Virus record (IMG/VR): IMGVR_UViG_3300035034_000989
Span: 39,983-103,982 of that record
Length of the DNA stretch: 64,000 nucleotides
DNA from: a virus
Reading direction: 5' to 3' (one strand)
The position numbers were made by a program, and so were the translations under genes. Under the pieces are notes generated by a model. It saw only the letters and a program-made list of their open reading frames with translations. It was not told the DNA's origin and ran no database searches. Positions 58,205 to 64,000 of the stretch are shown piece after piece; the stretch's first letter is position 1, and each line of letters begins with the position of its first letter.

Positions 58205-58551
58205 GCAAGTATATAAAAACACAGATAGCATTAACAACAGCAATGATCATAAACGAACGCTTGTCGAAAGGTATTGTTACCATCGAATTTTACAAAGTCA
58301 GCAAAGGCAAAGCTACCACCGACACCGATCAAGAACCCGAATTGCGTGTTATGCGTGCAACAACTGATCCTAAGCTGTTACCTGCATCAACCGAAGAGCA
58401 CGACACTGTGGCGATTGATATGTCGCTGTGCAAGGTGTATGACGTTGAAGCACAGGGCTGGCGTTCGTTTAGACTGGACCGCTTAAAGACCATTGACAGC
58501 ATCGATGCTCAGGGCTTTGTGATCGAATGCTTTAAACAGGGCATGCAATGA
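58201..58551 (+). CDS. WYL-like / SH3-barrel protein (DUF2693-like)
   Basis: F.K....R.M.AT...VYDVEAQGWRSFRLD. Confidence 0.8.
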   Translation: MSKYIKTQIALTTAMIINERLSKGIVTIEFYKVSKGKATTDTDQEPELRVMRATTDPKLLPASTEEHDTVAIDMSLCKVYDVEAQGWRSFRLDRLKTIDSIDAQGFVIECFKQGMQ

Positions 58552-58919
58552 GTTGGGGTGAGTACGGTGATCGTGTGCCAACTTTTGCAACGGATTTATT
58601 GGCAGCCCTTGAATCGGAAAAGGATTCCGAAGAGGTAGTGTTTTTTTGCTTAACTCACATGAACCAGCCCGTTGAAATTAACAAGCTATTTGTTGTTAGA
58701 AATTGGGATTTGTTTCGAAAACATATTCCGCTAGAACACATCGAAATCAAGAACAAAGAATGCACCATAATACAAATTGCATTGCCAGCTTGGCTTGGCG
58801 ACATATATCACACATTTGAATTCTATCGTCCGAGTGAAAGCGAAGTTGTTATTGATTGCATAGACATGTACATGAAATATGATATACTAAAGCAAATATC
58901 GATACCGGTAACGCACTAG
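58548..58919 (+). CDS. hypothetical protein
   Basis: ATGA overlap. Confidence 0.6.
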   Translation: MSWGEYGDRVPTFATDLLAALESEKDSEEVVFFCLTHMNQPVEINKLFVVRNWDLFRKHIPLEHIEIKNKECTIIQIALPAWLGDIYHTFEFYRPSESEVVIDCIDMYMKYDILKQISIPVTH

Positions 58920-58939
58920 TGTATTTTAGAAGAAAGCAG

Positions 58940-58968
58940 TTGACAATGTACAATATCTAGCGCATTAT
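58940..58968 (+). promoter_or_regulatory. sigma70-like promoter
   Basis: TTGACA-N17-CATTAT. Confidence 0.6.
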
Positions 58969-58996
58969 GTACAAAATCAAGCAATAAGGAATAAAC

Positions 58997-60793
58997 ATGC
59001 CGTTAGTAGATCTATCACTCAAGCTATTTAATGTGGTACCAACAAGCCACAATCCTGTGCCAGCCAAAGCGCACGTTGATTTTAACAGTGGTATTATTAT
59101 TGCACAGGATGCATGCTGGGCAAGGCACGACATTCTTAACTTCCTTGATGCTAAACGTCTGTCAGGCGAAGACCTAAACAAAACATGGCACACCATATGG
59201 GCCAATGTAGACTCAACAAGCAAAGCATCTATCACTAGCACAATAATGGGCTACCTTAACGGGCTTGGTAATAAACTAAATAAAGAAATTCAGGTGCCAA
59301 GTGAAGTGATTGGCATTGAAGACTTGGGAATAAAGTTTGTAACCGTACAGGCCATACCCGAATCCGAACTGGGGCCACGTGCTCTAAACATGCTTCAAAG
59401 CGGCATTGCATTAAAAAGCCAAACCATTACTGACCTGTTCGATGTATTAAGCGCAGTCAAGTATCAGTGGACCGGTAAAGAAGATGTTCGCAACAAAGAA
59501 GCCATTGTTATTTTAGCAGACCGTCACAAAGTGTATCCCAAGGATCCAGTTGACGTGTTGCGTTACACTGTGTTTAAGGCAACCGGTAGCGCCATGCTTA
59601 TAAAAAGCGGTGGGGCCGTGCGACAGATTAAAGAATCAGCGTTCAGTCCAACTGATGCGTTTGAATCATGTGGCGAAGCACGAATGGCAGAAGTATTCAA
59701 TCGCTTTAAACCGTTGTTCCTTGCATACAAGTCCGGTGGCGACTCTGGTACCAAAAAGATGATAAATCGGATTGCCAAGCTGAGCAAGACCAAGCACAAG
59801 CCATTGCCAGTTAATGCACTAAATGAAGTTACATCGCGTTCACTCAAGCTCGAGGACTTACACTGGCTCAAGAATGCAACACCATTTGCCCTGTGTAAAG
59901 CATTGCAGGCGTGCTATACACGCATGAACAACAGCAGAACTATATTTGCGTACCATATACGAAATGGTAAGAGCTGGTACAAGGAAGCCGCTAACAAGAC
60001 AGACACAGTCGATATCAACTACAACTTTGATCTAATTGCAAACGAATTGAAATTGCGTGTTAACACAGAAGGTCACAAGATATTTATACCGGAAGGCATT
60101 GAGTATGCCCTACCGACTTCCGAAAAGATGATGATTGGCAATGTGCCTACTGGAACTAAATTCACTGCCAATCAAGTGGCCGCAGGTATTTACTGGGAAA
60201 ACTCTTGGGGTGCTCGTGACTTGGACTTGTCGTCCATTGACGTTGGCGGAAACAAAGTAGGATGGGACTCGCGTTACAGCGGGCAAGACTCTGCAATCAA
60301 ATACTCGGGTGATATCACCGACGCAAAAAACGGCGCGGTGGAATATATAAATGTAAGTTCCAAGCTCAAGAATGCCACAATGGTACTTAATAATGTGTAT
60401 AGCGGTGAACCTGATTGCAAGTACAAGATTATCGTTGGCAAAGGTGCCAACATAAGCGACAAGTACATGCAAGATCCGGGCAAGGTGTGGGTGGATGAAC
60501 ACACCCAGTCGGTCAAGCAAGAAAGCATTATCGGCTTATTCCTTCCTGAAGAAGGTGATAAGGTATCATTTGTCATGCTTAACACCGCATGCGGAACAGG
60601 CAGTGCGTCAAGCGGGCGCGAACATACCATACAGTTCAACAAGGCCATGGTAGAGCAGTACAGCAACCAGTTTACTCTAAATTTATTGCTAGAATACATA
60701 GGATTTGAGTTGACAGACACTGCGAATGATGCTACAATAGACTTATCGCTAGACAACTTAGAGCGTGACACGTTCGTTAAACTGTTTATCTAA
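58997..60793 (+). CDS. 598-aa protein: helical N-region + C-terminal TerD-like domain
   Basis: GIYW...DLDLS...YSGDITDA.NGAVE matches TerD-type motifs; FNRFKPLFL, PTSEK.M.GNVP.G. Confidence 0.75.
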   Translation: MPLVDLSLKLFNVVPTSHNPVPAKAHVDFNSGIIIAQDACWARHDILNFLDAKRLSGEDLNKTWHTIWANVDSTSKASITSTIMGYLNGLGNKLNKEIQVPSEVIGIEDLGIKFVTVQAIPESELGPRALNMLQSGIALKSQTITDLFDVLSAVKYQWTGKEDVRNKEAIVILADRHKVYPKDPVDVLRYTVFKATGSAMLIKSGGAVRQIKESAFSPTDAFESCGEARMAEVFNRFKPLFLAYKSGGDSGTKKMINRIAKLSKTKHKPLPVNALNEVTSRSLKLEDLHWLKNATPFALCKALQACYTRMNNSRTIFAYHIRNGKSWYKEAANKTDTVDINYNFDLIANELKLRVNTEGHKIFIPEGIEYALPTSEKMMIGNVPTGTKFTANQVAAGIYWENSWGARDLDLSSIDVGGNKVGWDSRYSGQDSAIKYSGDITDAKNGAVEYINVSSKLKNATMVLNNVYSGEPDCKYKIIVGKGANISDKYMQDPGKVWVDEHTQSVKQESIIGLFLPEEGDKVSFVMLNTACGTGSASSGREHTIQFNKAMVEQYSNQFTLNLLLEYIGFELTDTANDATIDLSLDNLERDTFVKLFI

Positions 60794-60801
60794 ACGTTCA
60801 A

Positions 60802-60880
60802 TGCGGTGAAAGCAACGGACCGATAACCCGGAGATGCTATGGGGAACATGTTCCTTGTGCTATTCGCACGCACCGCACCA
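60802..60880 (+). ncRNA. aberrant tRNA-like RNA with CCA end (CCGATAA, Ile-like loop)
   Basis: TGCGGTG/CACCGCA + CCA; three internal hairpins; non-canonical T-loop. Confidence 0.55.
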
Positions 60881-60893
60881 GTTGGAGTTAGAT

Positions 60894-61115
60894 ATGAGTA
60901 AGATACTCAAAGTAAAAATCAAAAATCGTGTAGAGTTTGAATGCGGTGTGTTTGGTGGAGAGGACTTGATTCAACACTTTCCTAACTTGCTCAGCACAGG
61001 TGCAGATGTAATATATCAAAGCGATATGTGGTACCTGTGCGATGTAGATAAAAACATAATGTCCGACTGTGCATTTTTTGCACCCGAAGAGATGCAGTAC
61101 TTAGAAATAATTTAA
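60894..61115 (+). CDS. hypothetical protein
   Basis: GGAG RBS. Confidence 0.65.
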   Translation: MSKILKVKIKNRVEFECGVFGGEDLIQHFPNLLSTGADVIYQSDMWYLCDVDKNIMSDCAFFAPEEMQYLEII

Positions 61116-61122
61116 CAGTTTC

Positions 61123-61325
61123 TGGGCAAAGGTAGTTCCTATAAAAAAATTATTGGAAATTATTACTACTCGCCCAACCCTACTTGACATAGAGTGTTCC
61201 TATAAACGCAGAAATCGGGTTTCAAAGCCCGAACAAAATACACTCCGTCAAATGCTTTAAAAATTTAGGCAAATAAGGTTCCTATAAACATGAATTATAC
61301 TCATACCAGAAATACCTTTCGCCTA
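61123..61325 (+). repeat. array of three structured repeats with invariant GTTCCTATAAA (61123-61176, 61184-61251, 61266-61325)
   Basis: Each unit: 5-bp stem, AWA/C internal loop, ~6-bp stem, TCCTATAAA; stems covary. Confidence 0.85.
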
Positions 61326-61386
61326 TTACCAATTCACTTGTGTAGCACACAACTCGTACAATCAAATAAATATCAAGTTACAATAC

Positions 61387-61626
61387 AAAGGCTGTCTCAA
61401 CTGTTTTCCTGGTTGATATGTGCCGGAACAAAATGTCAGTGCCGCTGTTTCGGTAATCGAATGCGTAATATCTGCAAAGCCGAATTAAGTTATGTAAGCA
61501 AGTGGAGTACCCGGGCTTACTGTCAATACTTAAAACTGCGAGGGGGATGGAAAACTGTATCATGGCTATGTTCCCTGCCAAGAATAGACGCTAGCACAGG
61601 CGCGATTCTATTCGGAGACAGCCTTT
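61387..61626 (+). ncRNA. ~240-nt structured RNA candidate
   Basis: 12-bp terminal helix AAAGGCTGTCTC/GAGACAGCCTTT; internal GTTTTCC/GGAAAAC. Confidence 0.55.
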
Positions 61627-61651
61627 TTATTTTAACTAACGGAGTAGAAAA

Positions 61652-61936
61652 ATGAGTTTACAACCATTGCATGATTATGTAATAGTACAAGCAAAACAAA
61701 AACAAGTATCCAAGTTGATACATGTTGCAGACCCAGCCGATGGTGACACAGGCATTGTTGTTGCAGTTGGTCCAGGTGAAATGTTAGCAAATGGCACACG
61801 TGGCGACATGTCGGTAACAGCAGGACAAGAAGTAATCTTTGCAAAAGATATACTGCGCAAAGACAAGCAGGATGATGGCACCGAGCATTACTGGATGCGC
61901 ATTGTTAATGTAATGGGAATACTGAGCGAAAAATAA
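61652..61936 (+). CDS. groES: co-chaperonin GroES
   Basis: LQPLHDYVIV, GIVVAVGPG, V.FAK. Confidence 0.9.
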   Translation: MSLQPLHDYVIVQAKQKQVSKLIHVADPADGDTGIVVAVGPGEMLANGTRGDMSVTAGQEVIFAKDILRKDKQDDGTEHYWMRIVNVMGILSEK

Positions 61937-62556
61937 TGACACATGACCTACGCGGCGAGCACAGAAAGTTATCAAAAATTGTAAAGTATTTACAGAAGAT
62001 AACGTGCAGTGAAATACAAGACTTCGAGCGGCGAGCGTATGGTCAGTTTATCCAAACCAAAACAACTCCAGCGCACCAAGATATATACAGTAATAATTCA
62101 TTGTCATTCTCGTTTGGTTTTAACGAATTCGGTCGCCCTGGTGTAGCTTTTGCCAATCATGCACTATCGGTCCAAATAGAAGAATGTCACAGTGAGAGTA
62201 GATCTTTCAAATGTGTATTGCATCTAGGGTGCTACAAGTTTACAGTGGTGTTCGGATTAGGCTACATGGAAGTAGATCAAATTTATATCACAATAGAGCA
62301 AAATCAACCCAACTATACTGTCATTGCAATTGGCAAAACGTGGGATATATGCACCGAAAAACACGCCGAATTTAACCTAGATAGCGAAAGCATCATGTAT
62401 GCAACTCTTTGTGGGCAGACGACTATACGAGGCGTTTCGCACGTTGTTAAGTGCTTTAGAGACATTGCTCACTTTACACACATTATTGTTGATTACGGAA
62501 TAGAACAAAGAACATACCACATGTCAGCCAACAAGCTCCACTTAATAAGTCGTTGA
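61936..62556 (+). CDS. hypothetical protein
   Basis: TAATG coupling. Confidence 0.6.
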   Translation: MTHDLRGEHRKLSKIVKYLQKITCSEIQDFERRAYGQFIQTKTTPAHQDIYSNNSLSFSFGFNEFGRPGVAFANHALSVQIEECHSESRSFKCVLHLGCYKFTVVFGLGYMEVDQIYITIEQNQPNYTVIAIGKTWDICTEKHAEFNLDSESIMYATLCGQTTIRGVSHVVKCFRDIAHFTHIIVDYGIEQRTYHMSANKLHLISR

Positions 62557-62606
62557 CAACAATTCTGTAAAGTGTTACTGTGCGCATACACAAGCAGAGG
62601 AATCAC

Positions 62607-62951
62607 ATGAAATCAATACTTCTTATAATATTAGCAACACTAATGATTGGATGTGCATCGGCAAATGGAACAGATTATCGATTCTGTCCTACCACTGTAC
62701 CGCCAGGTGTTAACCTTCCTGTAAACAAAGCTGAAGTCAACGACTGGGCAATTGTGAGACATACCTTTTCGGATAACGAAGAACATGAAGTAGAACAGTT
62801 CCTTAACCGATACCCGTCGGGTATATATCGAGCCCAAGCAGAGTGTCGCATCAAGCAATACCACCGCCATTTAGAAACACAGGGCATTAATCGGGCAACT
62901 TCGGATCCGGGAATGAAACTTATACTCAACAGCTTGGCGTGGTTGCTATGA
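62607..62951 (+). CDS. putative lipoprotein
   Basis: MKSILLIILATLMIGC lipobox; FLNRYPSG.Y...A helix motif. Confidence 0.7.
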   Translation: MKSILLIILATLMIGCASANGTDYRFCPTTVPPGVNLPVNKAEVNDWAIVRHTFSDNEEHEVEQFLNRYPSGIYRAQAECRIKQYHRHLETQGINRATSDPGMKLILNSLAWLL

Positions 62952-63346
62952 TACAATCGGCAAGTGATATAGAGTTGCCAATGGCACCGGAGGACATGAG
63001 CATGCGTGTGTTATTAGGTGAGGAGCAATCAGTTTACAGCTTAATTTTCCAAGCACTAATGGATTCATGCACGGATAGACTGGACCTCAAGAATGTCAAT
63101 CGTGTTGCAGATAGATTCTTTGTACACTGGCTGAATGCCAATCCTTGGTGTATATTACAAATTGTGATTCCACCCCAATGGTGTATATCAAAAATTGAGA
63201 TTCCACCTCATAATTTTTATCACCATAATATTATTGTAAATCAGTCATATAAAAAGATAACCACACGTGATCAACCATTTAAGGTGCCGCGTGATTATGC
63301 CCTTGAACGTATAATTAAAGACCTCAAGAAGAGAGAAAACTTATGA
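62948..63346 (+). CDS. hypothetical protein
   Basis: ATGA overlap. Confidence 0.55.
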   Translation: MIQSASDIELPMAPEDMSMRVLLGEEQSVYSLIFQALMDSCTDRLDLKNVNRVADRFFVHWLNANPWCILQIVIPPQWCISKIEIPPHNFYHHNIIVNQSYKKITTRDQPFKVPRDYALERIIKDLKKRENL

Positions 63347-63627
63347 GTGATCCAATTTGCAGAATTATCAAGCACCAATCGGCGTATGGAACTTCTTACA
63401 TACCGCAACGATGGATTTTTGTAAACCGCTGGTTTACAGAAAGTAAAATGGAATGGCAATCATTCTGCATTTACTCATCATATTACAACCAAAGGACGTT
63501 TGAAGAACTTTACGAACATGATTATGGAGGTAGCATTTTTAGTAATATCGATACTGCCAATTACTACTGCCAAGAATGGGCACGAGTATCAGCTGAGCCC
63601 GAGGAAATTAAAGTTTGGAGCAAGTAA
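63343..63627 (+). CDS. hypothetical protein
   Basis: ATGA overlap. Confidence 0.6.
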   Translation: MSDPICRIIKHQSAYGTSYIPQRWIFVNRWFTESKMEWQSFCIYSSYYNQRTFEELYEHDYGGSIFSNIDTANYYCQEWARVSAEPEEIKVWSK

Positions 63628-63856
63628 GTTGAAATCAATTAATAACGAACATGTAACACAGAAAATATCCGTGTGGCGATGTGCAATATTTGCATCGATA
63701 ATAACGTTACTGATGTTACTCGGTGTCATGCCCATATACTATTATTTTATTCCTATATGGGGTAGTTCAATTGCGTTCATGATTGGGCTTGCAATTTTAT
63801 TCGTTGCAATTCCGATCGGATGGCGCTTTGCATATTGGCTTGCAGGAAAACGATGA
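63500..63856 (+). CDS. small membrane protein; true start probably later
   Basis: Two TM helices in the 3' half. Confidence 0.45.
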   Translation: MKNFTNMIMEVAFLVISILPITTAKNGHEYQLSPRKLKFGASKLKSINNEHVTQKISVWRCAIFASIITLLMLLGVMPIYYYFIPIWGSSIAFMIGLAILFVAIPIGWRFAYWLAGKR

Positions 63857-64000
63857 GCATGAAATGGCTAGTTACAGAAGTGTGGAACGGACATTGCCGG
63901 TTAATAGGATTCAGCAAAATACATTATCGTATGTCGTGTCTCACACACGAAATTGACAAGCAGTGGACAAGAGTGTTCAAGGATGGAGATGATTGTCCTG
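63853..64000 (+). CDS. hypothetical protein, 3' partial
   Basis: Open frame MSMKWLVTEVW... to the window end. Confidence 0.5.
   Translation, partial: MSMKWLVTEVWNGHCRLIGFSKIHYRMSCLTHEIDKQWTRVFKDGDDCP

Noticed and set aside
61123-61325. CRISPR mini-array
   Set aside because: Only an 11-nt core is identical, spacing is irregular, the flanks pair with each other within units, and no cas genes are present
61290-61655. 121-aa ORF upstream of groES
   Set aside because: Starts inside repeat unit 3, has no RBS, and overlaps the structured RNA
1-64000. Stop-codon recoding suggested by the TTA-anticodon tRNA remnant
   Set aside because: Conserved genes are full length in code 11 and end in TAA, TAG and TGA

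Overview
This window is a 64-kb segment of a large lytic dsDNA phage, probably a jumbo myovirus distantly related to T4, with gene order like RaK2/GAP32-type and environmental relatives. It uses the standard genetic code, sigma70-like early promoters and T4-like (G/T)ATAAATA late promoters. csrA and a LapG-like protease suggest a proteobacterial host. From left to right it carries: (1) replication and proteostasis genes (clamp loader, PhoH, DnaJ, ClpA, B-family DNA polymerase, sliding clamp); (2) a 7-deazaguanine DNA-modification cluster (DpdA-like transglycosylase, glycosyltransferase, QueD/DpdL-like T-fold protein, phosphoribosyltransferase, QueE); (3) RNase H, a MoxR/vWA pair and HNH nucleases; (4) a late minus-strand tailoring operon (small peptide, carbamoyltransferase, PP-loop ATPase, subtilase, glycosyltransferase, methyltransferase, GNAT); (5) a long accessory region of small ORFs. 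The least explained part is non-coding RNA at 52-62 kb. It includes two enlarged tRNA-like RNAs, two degenerate tRNAs, a ~240-nt structured RNA, and an array of three covarying stem-loops with an invariant GUUCCUAUAAA core just downstream of a 598-aa helical/TerD-domain protein. This may be an undescribed Ro/Y-like ribonucleoprotein system. All calls come from motif recognition and manual folding; no searches were run.
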